A stretch of 64,000 bases of DNA, taken from positions 1,178,001 to 1,242,000 of the forward strand of contig NW_027191417.1 in assembly GCF_041146345.1 (NCBI RefSeq). Reading direction: 5' to 3'. Origin of the DNA: Neodothiora populina. Lineage: Eukaryota. The position numbers and the translations under genes were made by a program. A model generated the notes under the pieces. It ran no database searches and was not told where the DNA came from. It worked only from the letters and a program-made list of their open reading frames with translations. The stretch's first letter is position 1; each line of letters opens with the position of its first letter. Below, one piece after another: positions 13,720 to 26,120 of this stretch.

Positions 13720-14016
13720 CGGCAAGAGGCAAGAGCAAGAAGCAAGAAAGATGGAAGGAAGGATTTGGCGAAGTCGTCCTCTCCGCCAAGACTTGTCACT
13801 TGCCCGTTCTGTGTGCCTCTTCACAATATTCTCTGATCGCAAAGCTTTACAATTCTTTTTTTCTTTCTCTCTTCACAAAGTCAACTGCTCGCATTCCCTA
13901 GCAACTCAGCCCCCATCTCCTCTTCCTACGTCCGTGAAGGCAGGGAACCCACCCAAAAACACATAGACTTCGATACCCGGGCGAGCCTGAGACCGTAACC
14001 ACTTTTTCCAACAACC

Positions 14017-14454
14017 ATGTCCCAAGACGCAAACGCTGCATGGCCCGTCGCCGACGCCGCCCTCTCCCAGGAGATCCTTGACCGTGAGTTTCCCCTTGCA
14101 GTCCGAAAAAGAAAAGAACATGCACTGACGAGAACAACAGTCGTCCAACAGGCCTCTCACTACCGCCAACTGAAGAAGGGAGCCAACGAGGCCACCAAGA
14201 CGCTGAACCGCGGTGTCGCCGAGGTCATCCTCCTCGCCGCCGACACTGCTCCTCTGGCCATCCTCATGCACTTGCCCCTGCTGTGCGAGGACAAGAACGT
14301 GCCTTACGTCTATGTGCCCTCCAAGATGGCTCTCGGCCGCGCCTGCGGTGTTTCCCGCGCCGTCATCGCTTGCTCCATCACCACCAACGAGGCTTCCGAT
14401 CTCATGAACCAGATCCGCGCCCTCAAGGACAAGGTCGAGCGTCTTATGATCTAA
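14017..14454 (+). CDS. SNU13: Snu13/15.5K kink-turn-binding protein (U4/U6.U5 and box C/D snoRNP)
   Basis: [48 protein letters not shown]; 57-nt intron 14084-14140. Confidence 0.96.
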   Translation: MSQDANAAWPVADAALSQEILDREFPLAVRKRKEHALTRTTVVQQASHYRQLKKGANEATKTLNRGVAEVILLAADTAPLAILMHLPLLCEDKNVPYVYVPSKMALGRACGVSRAVIACSITTNEASDLMNQIRALKDKVERLMI

Positions 14455-15267
14455 GCTCGTTTTGCTATTTGTTAGTCGACCGGCCAGATACGAGGCCGAG
14501 AGCCAAGCGGGAGAGAAAACTGGAGGATATGAAAAGAAAAGAAAAAGATGGAAGAGAGCTAAGGATTTGATTCTGGATGCTCTCAGAATGCTGGCGATGG
14601 AAACTTGGTCCATCTTGAAGCTGTTTCTCGAGACTATGAGAAGAAGTCTACAACCCTATCCTCAGAGGAGCCGATATAGTTCATACATGAAACCGCAGAA
14701 TGAAAGAGACCAATCCACGTTTCGCAACCCAAAGAAAAATCATCATCGTCATCATGAGAGAACCTGATTTCATCGTGCTCTCCTTTCGCGCATAACCCAC
14801 GGACGAGCATGAAGAAGAAAACAGAGCCATGTCTTTCCATGCTTGCCTGCTATCGTAGTCTTTTTCTCTCATAAGATAGTTATAGAAAAGAGAAATAGAA
14901 AAATAAAGTACATTGAAGAGGAAAATACACCTCTCCCTCGCCTTCCCTTCCCTTTCATTCCTCCACTGCGGAAAATGGGTGCGACAAGTCTTCCTTCTTG
15001 TCTGAGAAAACGCTATTATGCTGTGGTTCCTCCCGACCACGTCCTACCTCCCTCATGCCATTGACCCCTGTGAGTTCGCATAACTGCTCAGCTGGGACGA
15101 GCCAGGTCAGTGGCACCGGCTCATCAGCTAGTGAATGTCCACTTGGGGACGGTAATTTGGTGATACCATCGCCTGTGAGATCAGATCGTTGCAGCCACTG
15201 AATAGTCACCTGCTCACTCGATCTTCACCAAGTATATTCATATCTAACGTGTTGACGTCTTGCTTTC

Positions 15268-17520
15268 TCACGGCGAGCCTGCAGGATAGGGTCTCGGTCC
15301 GGAATCATCACTACCACCGAGACCCGGAGGCGCGCCGCCTGGGCCGTCACCTTGACTACCTGAGCTGCCGCCAAACGGCGGCGGTAGGCCGACCGAAGGC
15401 GGGAGGGGTAGATCCGGCACTTTGATGGGGGCGTCTGTCGCGGCCTTGAGCTTGTTTGGGAGCTTCTCGCCACGCACGACAGCCTCCATCTCGTCTTTGC
15501 CGAGGGTTTCGAACTCGACGAGGGCATTGGCGAGGCGCTCGAGCTGAACACGGTTGGTCGTGAGCAGCTTCATCGCACGCTCCTTGCCTTCCTCGACCAG
15601 TCTCCTGACCTCTCCTTCGATCTCTTGTTTCGTCTCGGAGGAAAGGCGGGCGTAGTCAGAGGACAAGTCAATGTTGCCGAGTTTGTCACTCATGCCGGCC
15701 TGCGTGACCATCATGTAGGCTATCCTCGTTGCGCTCTGGATGTCGGAAGATGCTCCAGTGGTGACGTTGTCGGGTCCATAAATCAGCTCTTCAGCCACCT
15801 TGCCACCCATGCAAACGTCAATCTGAGCCATCATCTCTTTCTTGGTCTCAGACACCTTATCGAGTTCCGGAAGCATCTGCGTTAGACCTAGGGCGTGACC
15901 TCGGGGCATGATTGTGGCCTTGTATAGAGGGGTTGTGTTCTTGGTAAGCATGGCGACAAGAGCATGACCACCTTCGTGGTAAGCAGTCATGACTTTGTCT
16001 TTCTGTTGGATGACAGCACTACGGCGTTCAGCTCCCATGAGGACCTTGTCCTTGGCCCAAGTGAGATCTTCCATGGTGACTTTCTTGGCCTTGTTCTTGG
16101 AGGCGTGCACGGCGGCTTGGTTGACAATGTTCTCCAGTTCGGCGCCAGAGAATCCGGGAGTGCCACGGGCGAGTACAGTGGCGTCGACTTCGGTATCCAC
16201 GCGGATGTTCTTGAGATGATGCTTGAGGATAGAGACACGACCGCGCACGTCGGGAAGGCCGACAGTGACGTTGCGATCAAAACGACCGGGGCGAGTCAAG
16301 GCCTTGTCAAGCGATTGAGGGAAGTTGGTAGCACCGATGATGACAACGCCCGTGTCCTGATCAAAACCGTCCAATTCTGTGAGGAGCTGATTCAGAGTCT
16401 GCTTGGCGTAGGCAGCGTCACGTTCGTGGCGCTTGCTTCCTATGGCATCCAATTCGTCAATGAAGATGATGGCGGGTGACTTTCCACGGGCAGCGCTGAA
16501 GAGGTCGCGGACACGTTTCGCGCCAACACCTACATAGACTTCATCGAATTCGGATCCCGACATGTAGAAGAAAGGAACGCCGGCTTCGCCAGCGACCGCG
16601 CGAGCCAAGAGAGTTTTACCAGTACCAGGAGGACCAACGAGAAGGACACCCTTGGGAAGTTTGCCACCTAGTGTAGAGAACTTCTCGGGAGCCTTGAGGA
16701 ATTCGACCAGCTCTTGCAATTCTTCCTTGGCCTCATCGCATCCGTGGACATCACTGAAGCGAGTCTTTTGCAGTTCCGGCTTTGCTTCGGCATTTTGGGT
16801 GCCTCCGACCTTTTTGATGACACCGGTAGCCTCGATGAAGAGGGTGAAGACGACGAGTGACATGTAGCAGACGAGACCAAAGACGAGCAGGAACTTGACC
16901 CATTTGAAGATGGTGTTTCCGAGAGACTCGTCAACGACGACATAGAGAGGCTCCTTCTTGGCTCCAGATCCTTGACGAGAGATTGAAATGTTACCTCCTT
17001 GTCCGCGCGCAGCGACGGCCTGACCGATAGCCTGGAGTTGCTCACCATTGATAGCGTTGTTGCCGCCAGCAGCCTGTCCAACCGCGCCGCTCTCGGCCGC
17101 ACCTACTCTCTCGAGCGCGCGGAGATAGAGCTGCTCACAAGCAGGACTGGTGGCGAAGCGGTTGGTGTTGTAGCGCTCCACCAGAATCTCAGGCATGTTG
17201 GCGCGGAGCAGGGCGGAGTAGAAGGCGTTCTGGGCGGTTGCAGATTGAGGATTGTTGTTGGCAGTTTGTTCCATGTGCGCAAGAAGACTCTGAGAAGTGT
17301 TCGAGCTTGAGCCGAAGATATTACGGTGATGCATGAGGCCGACATTGCTGAGACGTGCAGAGGATATGGCTTTGATGAACGGACGGCGATTGATGGTAGT
17401 AGAGAGGTGACGCGGAGATTGGTGGAAGTTGTTGCGAGCAAGAGGACTACCGGCGAGACGGCGAAGAGGCTGGAGGGGGACTGCCATCTGTCGCCACGAT
17501 GTGCTGAAGACGGCAGACAT
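15268..17520 (-). CDS. YME1: mitochondrial i-AAA metalloprotease (FtsH family)
   Basis: Mitochondrial-type presequence, single TM, Walker A GPPGTGKT, Walker [16 protein letters not shown] and zinc-binding AYHEGGH. Confidence 0.95.
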   Translation of the reverse strand: MSAVFSTSWRQMAVPLQPLRRLAGSPLARNNFHQSPRHLSTTINRRPFIKAISSARLSNVGLMHHRNIFGSSSNTSQSLLAHMEQTANNNPQSATAQNAFYSALLRANMPEILVERYNTNRFATSPACEQLYLRALERVGAAESGAVGQAAGGNNAINGEQLQAIGQAVAARGQGGNISISRQGSGAKKEPLYVVVDESLGNTIFKWVKFLLVFGLVCYMSLVVFTLFIEATGVIKKVGGTQNAEAKPELQKTRFSDVHGCDEAKEELQELVEFLKAPEKFSTLGGKLPKGVLLVGPPGTGKTLLARAVAGEAGVPFFYMSGSEFDEVYVGVGAKRVRDLFSAARGKSPAIIFIDELDAIGSKRHERDAAYAKQTLNQLLTELDGFDQDTGVVIIGATNFPQSLDKALTRPGRFDRNVTVGLPDVRGRVSILKHHLKNIRVDTEVDATVLARGTPGFSGAELENIVNQAAVHASKNKAKKVTMEDLTWAKDKVLMGAERRSAVIQQKDKVMTAYHEGGHALVAMLTKNTTPLYKATIMPRGHALGLTQMLPELDKVSETKKEMMAQIDVCMGGKVAEELIYGPDNVTTGASSDIQSATRIAYMMVTQAGMSDKLGNIDLSSDYARLSSETKQEIEGEVRRLVEEGKERAMKLLTTNRVQLERLANALVEFETLGKDEMEAVVRGEKLPNKLKAATDAPIKVPDLPLPPSVGLPPPFGGSSGSQGDGPGGAPPGLGGSDDSGPRPYPAGSP

Positions 17521-18423
17521 GCCTGGCCAGAGGCCCCTTGTGGATGTGGCGGCGATGCTCTGCGAACAGAAGTGTCAGCGAGTCTTGTCTTTATCTAAAG
17601 TAGACATTGAATGGATGAGTGAACGCACCTGCAGCATCGCTGGAGCCTGGGTGGCCATGATGATACGAATGTAGAAAGAGCGGACACGGCCGCAAGGAAG
17701 GAAGGGCTGAACCGCAGTCGAGTGTTGCCTGGGTAAGGTAGAGCGCAGACGTGGATGACTTCCCCCTCAAAATGCTACTACCTGCACAGTAACGAAAAAT
17801 CTGAGACGCAATGAATGTGTGAGAGAGAGAGATAGATAGTAAAGGATGTAGCGATCACTCCAGACACAGTAATGCAAGTAAGGTATTATTACTCTACGTA
17901 CAACACACACGCCATTGGAAGACCGAAGCCAAGCCATGACGCCTTCCAATCGTTTCATTCTGCCGCCTTCCATGTCTAATCCCTGAAACCCCGACCTCCG
18001 ACTTACTCATAACTTCCCCTACTACCTTACTTGTACCAATACTCTGTATCTTCGCTCCGCGTCAGAACAAATACAAGCACCTACAAGTACAAATGGCGGA
18101 GAGGCGGCATATTTGGTGGAAATCTAGTATGACTGTCTAGCTAAATGTGTGCTTTATATACTAAACAAAAGAATCTGGGTATCGTCATCCAGAAGAAGAA
18201 CAAGGCAAGGTAGACGGCGCTAATGTACAACTGACGCGAAGAATGATCTGTGTGATGGTGATAAGTTATGCTCGGCAGCCGTGGTTCTCGTACCATGTAT
18301 CGTTATATAAACACATTACAAAGAATGCAAGTAAGAAAAAGCGAACCAGGAAAGGAAGTCAAGGCGAGACCAGATGAAGTAAAGAAGAAGGAAAAGAAAA
18401 TATACAGGAGGCAATGGCCGAAG

Positions 18424-20350
18424 TCAGAACATGTCCTCGTCTGAGCGGTAGCTGAGAGGCCCTCGCTCCTCCAAGGGTGTTCGATAAGTTTCATATGGAG
18501 TCTGCATCTCTTCCTCTTCTCTTTCCTCTTCCACTGGTCGCGAGGTCAGCTGACTCTGCCTGCTGTCGCTTAAGCCGTAGATTTCGCTTTCCACGATACT
18601 GTCACTGCCACTGAATCGACTGATCATGCGAGGTTCGTAGGCGCCACTGTGGCTGCTCGCCCCGCGCACGCTCTCGTCAGGCGTACGAGGGCGATGATGC
18701 AACGGGAATCCCAGTGGGGGCGCAGAGTAACTGTTCCAGGAACCACGCTCAAGCCGAGTCGCCATCGTCGTCACTTCGCGCTGGAGGTCATGTAACTGAC
18801 CCTCCAGGAGTTGACGAGCAGCACGCTCCTCGGCCAACACATCGTACAGCTGACGAACGGTACCGGAAGACGTCCTTGGACGGGGGTATGGACTCCCAGA
18901 AAGATTGTAGCTTGCGCTGCTGTCGTTCCAGCTTCGATCTGGTATGTTGATGCCATCTTCGTATGTTGCATGGTCTGGCGACCCTGGCAATGATGCTGGT
19001 CGCCAAGAGGGATCTTGCAGTGTGTCTATTAGGACACTCGGCGTGTGTTGACGGCGAGCGCGGTGTATATCAGACGGCGGACTCAGTGTGTTGGTGCGGC
19101 TTCCTGCAGTCAGTCGCTCAAGAGAAGATTGAAATTCGAACAGGCTTGATTCCAAGTTCGCAACCCGACGCTCGAGATCTTCGGAACGATCTGCGCCTGC
19201 TGTCACCGGGCGCGAAGCCCCGAGTATGGGTGAAGAAGCCTTGCCCTCGGAAACAGCCCGTTGTCCCGCCACGGCATGGCCCAGAAACTTTGCGGAAGCG
19301 GCATGCGCATCATCATCACCATGCGCAACTGTGTCATCAGCATCGAAAGAATCATCAGCAATCTCAGCGTCTGCAGGTGCACGACTTGGTGTGTCTGGAT
19401 TCAGCAGAACAGTCCCAGCACAGCTTTCTCTCCAAAATTTTATCTCCTCGCTTCGGTTCCGCGTTGATGGACGTTGTAGTATGGCCTCGCTCAGGTCATT
19501 GGCACTGCGTGACCTACGTTTTTCAGCGAGAGGTGTGCTTGTGATGGCCAGCCCGATCTCGGACTCGGGGACATCCGCGTATGTTCCAGTGCCCATATCA
19601 CCCATTCCGGAGTCTGGTGGTGATCCTAATGCTGTTCCAATAGTGGCAGTATTGGTCTGCGTGACATTCAAAGTAGGCAGTGTGGCTCTTCTCCTAGTCC
19701 CATTGTTCGGTCTGTGGTAGAATGGGTTGCCCAGATCCAACGGCTTGAGCTGCGCGCTCCTGGGGAATTGCAGAGTTCCTGGTGATCTTGCTCCCAATGA
19801 CGGAGATCGACGCGAGCGTGGCTCGATGAGGTCTGGCGCAGAAAAGACCGGAGGAGAAAGCGGCAATGGCGAGACTGGTCGATGGATTGCTTGCACAGGC
19901 GGCGCCTTGGTCTTCATGAATTGGCCAGGGTCCTTTCAGGGAGTCAGTGAATGCTTCCTGAATTTAGACTCGCATTGCACGTACACTCATATGATAGCCA
20001 TGTCGAGGAGGAGAGGGTTTGGACATTTCCACAGCCTGATGGCTCTCCTTTGTCCTTCTCCCAAACAACTTGCGCACGACTTTCCGGAAAGACCCTGACC
20101 TTGTCGAAGTGGACGTAGACTCGGCTCCCGAGTAGCGAAACGTTGGGGCTGGTGCCGGAGAGATCTCATTTCGCAGCTGACTCGTGCTCCGGAGTTTGTT
20201 GTTGGATATACGTTTTCTCAACCGTGACGGCAGGTCTGACGAAAGGCGTGGGCATGGCTGAGAGCGGTGTCCTATATCTAAAGATTGGCTAGGCCTAGGG
20301 GGCCGTACGGGCTCTGTACGAGCTCGGTCTTCGTTCCGATGTCCATCCAT
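18424..20350 (-). CDS. hypothetical Ser/Pro/Arg-rich protein with two short coiled coils
   Basis: ORFs 19964-20350 and 18424-19917 can be joined by an intron about 19933-19985 (GTACGT...CTGAC...AAG); heptads DLERRVANLESSL and LEGQLHDLQREV. Confidence 0.75.
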
Positions 20351-21218
20351 AGAGCCATATAGATGATGCCTTCGAAGTTTTCAAATACGGCTTTCTATAA
20401 CGTTAGATTGAGAGTGATGATGCTACTGTTGCCGCTAGAACTGAATATTCTCGGGAGAAAAGAACGACGGTGGAAATAGCTGAAGTCGTGCAGAATGAGT
20501 GACGAGTGATAACACAAGAAAGAAGTTAGTAGTAGAAGCAGTAGTTGTAAGAAACACACTCTCTCCCCTGAATGATAATCGACACAATCAATAAACCAGC
20601 CGAAGCTGGGTGAACGAATACGCCCTGCGAAGTGATCAAAGAACGACGAGGAGGATCAGAACTAAAGACCCAAAATCACTGAGGGCAGATGCAGGCATAT
20701 ACAACCTGAACCGCAAGCGGGCGAGCATCCGTAAACATAGACCGATCAGGGTCGAAGGCCGAAGCTAATAGGGTAAGCATTGTCGGCCTGCGACAGCTAC
20801 TGATCTACTATGAGTATCATGAGCACTGCCCTTGCGCGGGGTGTATGTGGTCGAGTGCGCAGAGTGGCGTATGCTCTGCCTGCACTAGCTTTTGCATTAC
20901 AGTAGTTATCGTCGCAACCTGTTTCAGGCAGTCCATTGACTCGTGTTGGCGCTGCGGCGTGACAGCCTTTTGACGTGCCAAGTAGCGATGCGATTTGGGA
21001 TTTTTTTTTATAGTACGTTAGGTTTTGCATGGTGCACTTAGTAGTGGCTGAAAAGTAAAGGAACCACACCCCTGTCAGCGTTGCACCTGACGCTATTGTT
21101 ATCCTTGTCGAACTGGAAGTAAGGTATCTTAGTGTATCAGGCCTCGGAGACGTTCCAACGACGAGAACTGGCTGATCGGCTCGGCCAGTCACAACCTAAA
21201 ATTTGGAGCCAATTTACT

Positions 21219-21876
21219 TCAAGCGAACCCTAATTTTGACTTGTAAAGCAACCACGGACCCTCTTTCTCTTGCTCGATTGTCACGCAATTGTCCCTACAT
21301 ACCACGCGGTAGATCTGGCCTAGTGCATTTGAGACGCAGAAGACTCCTTGCGATTGCATGTGCATGTTCAGCATGCATCTGCCGGTCCTGAAGGTATAAT
21401 TGCAAGTGATATCGCGAGTCGACGAGGCACCACTTGTCCTTAGAGCATTCTGTATAAGGTAAACAATCCATTGATCGAAATCCGGAACTCGATCTCGGCT
21501 TGCCTGCTCACCAAGGTTGAGAGTTATTGCTAGTACCACATAAGGTGCCTGATTTCCCACATCCTCGTGTCGAATGACGGTATCCATCATAGAAGCTTTA
21601 AGGAGGGTGCCGCAGAGCTCCGCTTGTAATCTCGCAATGTGGAGAACTTCGTACCCCCTCTCTATCAGAAATCGGCAAGTCACCCACGGACCAGTCGCTG
21701 CTCTCAATTCGCTTGCACCATTCTATCACGAACAGCGATAAAGATGGCGCAACGCCATGATTCTTGCGCCGCACAGGCACACCAAGACATTCTTTGTGAC
21801 CTAGGGTTCGCGCGAAAGACCTTCTTGGGTAAGGTGCTGCGTGAAGTTGAGGCGTTTCCGGGTCTGATTGCTTCAA
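21219..21876 (-). other. possible orphan or degraded coding sequence
   Basis: Overlapping 92-aa and 162-aa ORFs with protein-like composition but no recognisable motif and no clean gene model. Confidence 0.2.
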
Positions 21877-22339
21877 ACTAGACGAAGCAATGCCGCAAAG
21901 GAAAGTGATCCGCTACCGGGACTCGCTTGAAAACTCCGTACCAAGATTTGCAAGTGGTCTGTTTATCAAAGCTATTCGCAAGGATTCTGGGGACGACATG
22001 CCTTCAATTACAAGGACCACGTTGAAGAGTGGCGGCTCCTGATTTCCATGTTCCAGGACAAAGCACAAAATATCTTTGATTCGCGCTAAGGTCTATACTC
22101 TTTCTCACCGCACGAAAGGTAGCATTGTTGTATGGTACGTGTAATGTATGACCCTCAGTTTGCCCATGGATCAGCCGAAGCCCTCGCTTGGTTTGTCGGA
22201 ACTTTGGACTTCGCAGACCACAATCCGCCCGTACGTTCAGCCACCCGACGCTCCATCGCGCGTCCATGACTTGCCGTGGCAGAGCGGCGGCAATGGCCCC
22301 AGAATGGCGATGGTGGATGTCACCCAGTAAGGACTCTAT

Positions 22340-24706
22340 TTACCCTACTTGCAAAGCATCAGATAGACTCGGGTAGCGCAGATCCGAGTTCTCCCCAAGA
22401 AACTCCATCCAGGACTTTAGAAATGCATTTCCCCTGCGGCGATGTTAGTCGAAATACATGCATGCGGCTGCACTGAAACGGCTTCGTGAGGTCCACTCTT
22501 GCCGCATACAGCGAACGTATACTGCAACACTTACTGACTGACTGTATCTGAATCTCCGATAATGCACAAATGCCGCTTGGGTCGCGTCATGGCCACTGGA
22601 AGCCGTCAGCTTAACATCGCAAAGAGCTTGTGCAGCATGGTATACGTGCACAATTATGCTATAGACAGGGGCAAGGGAGTAGTACATACCGTTCAGACGA
22701 CGCTTCTCGCTTAGGAACCCGACTTCACGCTGGGCATTGCTACGCACTAAAGTGACGATCACAGCCTCTTTTTCTCTACCCTGGAAGCCGTCAATACTGC
22801 CTAATTCTATACCCTTGAATCGTTCTTTCAAGAGCTGGGAGAGTATTGCGAGCTGGCCGTTGTAAGGAGTGACGACAGCTATGTCTTCAGGCTTCACTCC
22901 AGCATCTACAAGGTTTTGTACGTGCATCTGGGCGATTGCCGCCTCGTGCTCATTGCTTTTGCTCTCCCCCATTAGGCTGCTCTTGGACTTTGCTTCTTCA
23001 TCATCTTCGGTCTTCTCAGGAAAGTCGCCACCTTGAGTATCCCAGAAGACTAGCGGCTCCCTTGTGTCGTCACTATCCTTCACTTCGTAGGGCAAGTCTA
23101 CAAGTAATCTCGCTTTTACAGCTTCGGCAGCTACCAGCTTTGACTCGTACAAGGCGGCAGACGGGAATGCATTAATCGTCTCATGCATGCGATACTGTGT
23201 TGTCAGCATTCTTTTGATGTCTTCGCCATGCAAAGTCAGCATGCGGTCGAAGAGGGTCGTCTCGAGTCTGACATCGTCCTCTCTGGACTTCCTGGCTTCC
23301 TTTTTGTTAGTCTTCGAGTTCAGACTCTTGATGGTGGGTGGTAGCTGTAAGTGATCTCCGGCGAGAATGACTTTGTCTGCACGGCTGGCCAATATCGCTA
23401 CCCAGCTCTGGGCCTCGAGAGCCTGTGAAGCCTCATCAATAATGAGCACATCGAATCTTTGATGTTTGAGATGGAAGCCACCAGCTCCGTGTAGTGTCGA
23501 GCACACGACTTTACTTCCCCTGATCAGGTCGTCGATGCATCGACCTTCCCGCTCTCGATATTCCTTCCGTAATTCTTTCATTTCCCCGTAGATTGCCTTG
23601 CGCTCTCGACCATTTCGTGTTTTGCGAATGCTGGCTTGTTTCGCGTCCATCTCGTTCCTGATGTCCTTGACTATCTCCGCGGCTTCACTTGTCCGGGTCA
23701 GGATGTCCAGACTGTGATTAAGGACTCCTGGGAGCAAGCGCGCAGGGTGCCCCAGACGTATCATGGGCACCTTGTGTGGGGCGAGTCTCTCGACGATGTT
23801 GTCGACGGATATGTTGCTCGGTCCGCAGACCAGTAGTCTCTTGCCTTGTTCTAGGAACTGGAGTATCAGTTCGATGAGCGTGTGCGTCTTTCCAGTTCCT
23901 GGCGGGCCATGGATCAAGGCTATATCACTAGAGGCCAGGGAGAACTTGATGGCGTCTTTCTGTGAGTCGTTGAGTGATGGGTCTACCCACTCTACTGTCT
24001 TGCTAAGATTCCGGGGCTGTATAGGTGCAGGCGACGACTGGCCAAATATGACACGAATCAAGGGTGAGATTTCACTATCTCCCATCTTCTGCAGATGGGT
24101 CATGGACTGGTTCATCCTGATCTGGAATCAGTACGGGAGACTGTCACGTCACGGCGCGGACACAGGGATACCTCTTGTAGGTGACATCGTTTGCAAGTTT
24201 GACACTATATACACGAAGAGAATCAGCCATGCGCTCTGCCAGCCTTCTCTCATACATCGAGACGATACAACCCACATCCACAGACGTCCAGAGGGAATCT
24301 CGACCTCATCTTTGTCCAAAGCCACAACAAGCACATCCTTGGACACTTTGGTGGTGACGCCCTGAACCATGCGCTTTTCCATCTCTTCTCTCGCTTTCTT
24401 CTTCTCGGCACCCTTAGGCTGTTCCGAGACTCCGACGATGTCTCCCACCCTGAGGCCATGTTCCGGCAGTTCCTTGCTCTCACCAGCGACGGCACTATCC
24501 AGGGAGAGCTCTAGTAACGTTTTACCACCTAGACCTGTGCGCTGAGAAGCCACAGTCAAGTTCAAGAGGGCAAGACCAGCGCGCGCGAGAGTGCTCGGGG
24601 CATGGGTTGCGGTCAGGATGCCTGTCTCTTCAGTCTCTGCCTTGAGCTCATCCGAGAGCAGCTTGAGCTGTCTGTCCGCAAATGCAGGTATGTCCAGCGG
24701 TGTCAT
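22340..24706 (-). CDS. HCS1: UPF1-like superfamily 1 helicase (Hcs1/IGHMBP2)
   Basis: [70 protein letters not shown]; four introns; last exon GNAFLKSW...LQVG* ends at 22340. Confidence 0.93.
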
Positions 24707-25061
24707 TTTGAGGTTGCTGATCTCTCATCTGTGAACGAGTCGTCTAGAATGGATCCTGCTGTGGATTTGACAACGTGGATGTGAAATATAAGTCGCCTTA
24801 TGTCCACCGAGTGTTGTGTTTAGAAATATATTCGAGTTGTACCAGCCCCGCCAATCGTCGTCATTTGCATATATAAGGGTAAGTGTAACCGACCAAGAGT
24901 GAGTCGGCTAGACTTTCGCCGAGAGCATGTGATGCCGAGCTTAATTAAATGGAGGTATCCTTACTATGTTGTATGTGTTAATCTGGACAGACAGACTCAC
25001 CTAGACCACTGTACAGTAATCACTTGACATCGGAATCGACAAGCGGTGCAAGCGACTCGCA

Positions 25062-25555
25062 ATGCCGTCGTCAGATTACACCTCAGCAGGTGGCGGGCTG
25101 AAGTTGAAAGGCGCCAAATCAGCGGGCATTGACAAGAAGCGCAAGAAGAGCAAAAAAGAAAAGTCCACTCACACGACCGCAGACAAGAAAGCGGGAGAAA
25201 CAGCAGATGCTGAAGCGCTGCCTGACGGAGAGCAAAGTGTGGCACAGCACGGGGGAACGAGCGGCGATGGCAGCGAGAGGGAGCGCAGCGCCTTGAGTCG
25301 CGAACCCGAGACCAGAGGCAAGACCGAGGCCGAGATCAGACATGAAGAGATGAGGAGGAAACGAGTAAGGGATATCCAGGATACATCACAAGCCATCTTT
25401 GCTTGCGTATACTGATCTATTTGTCTTCTCTGCAGTTAGACGAACGTCTCAAGCGCGAGGGCGTCAAGACGCACAAGGAGAGAGTGGAGCATCTGAACAA
25501 ATACCTGAGCACTCTCAGCGAGCACCACGACATGCCCAGAATCGGACCCGGCTAA
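25062..25555 (+). CDS. FAM32A/DUF1754 family small basic protein
   Basis: GGGLKLKG at the N-terminus; after an intron about 25364-25435 the C-terminus reads KTHKERVEHLNKYLSTLSEHHDMPRIGPG. Confidence 0.88.
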
Positions 25556-26120
25556 CGTCTGCTGTTGTTTATGCGATTCATACGGCGGAGCATGACTTTG
25601 AGGAATTTAGCAAGGCGTTCATACGGTTCACAATGGGACAGAGCTGCCATCTATCGGGCAGGCGAGGTTCCTATCACATGAGGTTCGAGGACTAGATATT
25701 GTACATATCTCACATACGAAAACATGAAGATGGGAGATATTGCAGGAACAGGAACAACACGGAGGATGGCATCTCTAGCTCAATCTCGGGTGGTCAGTGT
25801 AGACACAGTGCAGAGGCGCATATGTACGACCTCTGTGAGCAAGACTGACATGAAGGCATAGCTTCAGAAACCAAGGATTGTATATTGCTGTTGCCTGGGA
25901 GCATGTCGTAGCTACTGTACGATATGAAGCATCTCTACCTGCCCCTATAAACGCAGGCATTCGAATGTTTGATGTGTTTGCATACCGCAGCTGTATACAA
26001 GTATTACTATACTGCAATGATGTTGATTACTTGTATCCCCGCAATTAAACACAATAACACCAACGTGAAACTGTCCACTTCGCACACAAACACACATACA
26101 CATACCATACAAACATCACA

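Noticed and set aside
20414..20485. GTGATGA...CTGA...CTGA resembling a box C/D snoRNA
   Set aside because: No recognisable rRNA antisense element or terminal stem; it lies antisense to the likely 5' UTR of the neighbouring gene.
21224..21234. AACCCTAA as a telomerase RNA template in the 2-kb gap
   Set aside because: An 8-mer like this is expected by chance in 64 kb, and I could not identify a pseudoknot, CR4/5 or 3' splice-cleavage signal.
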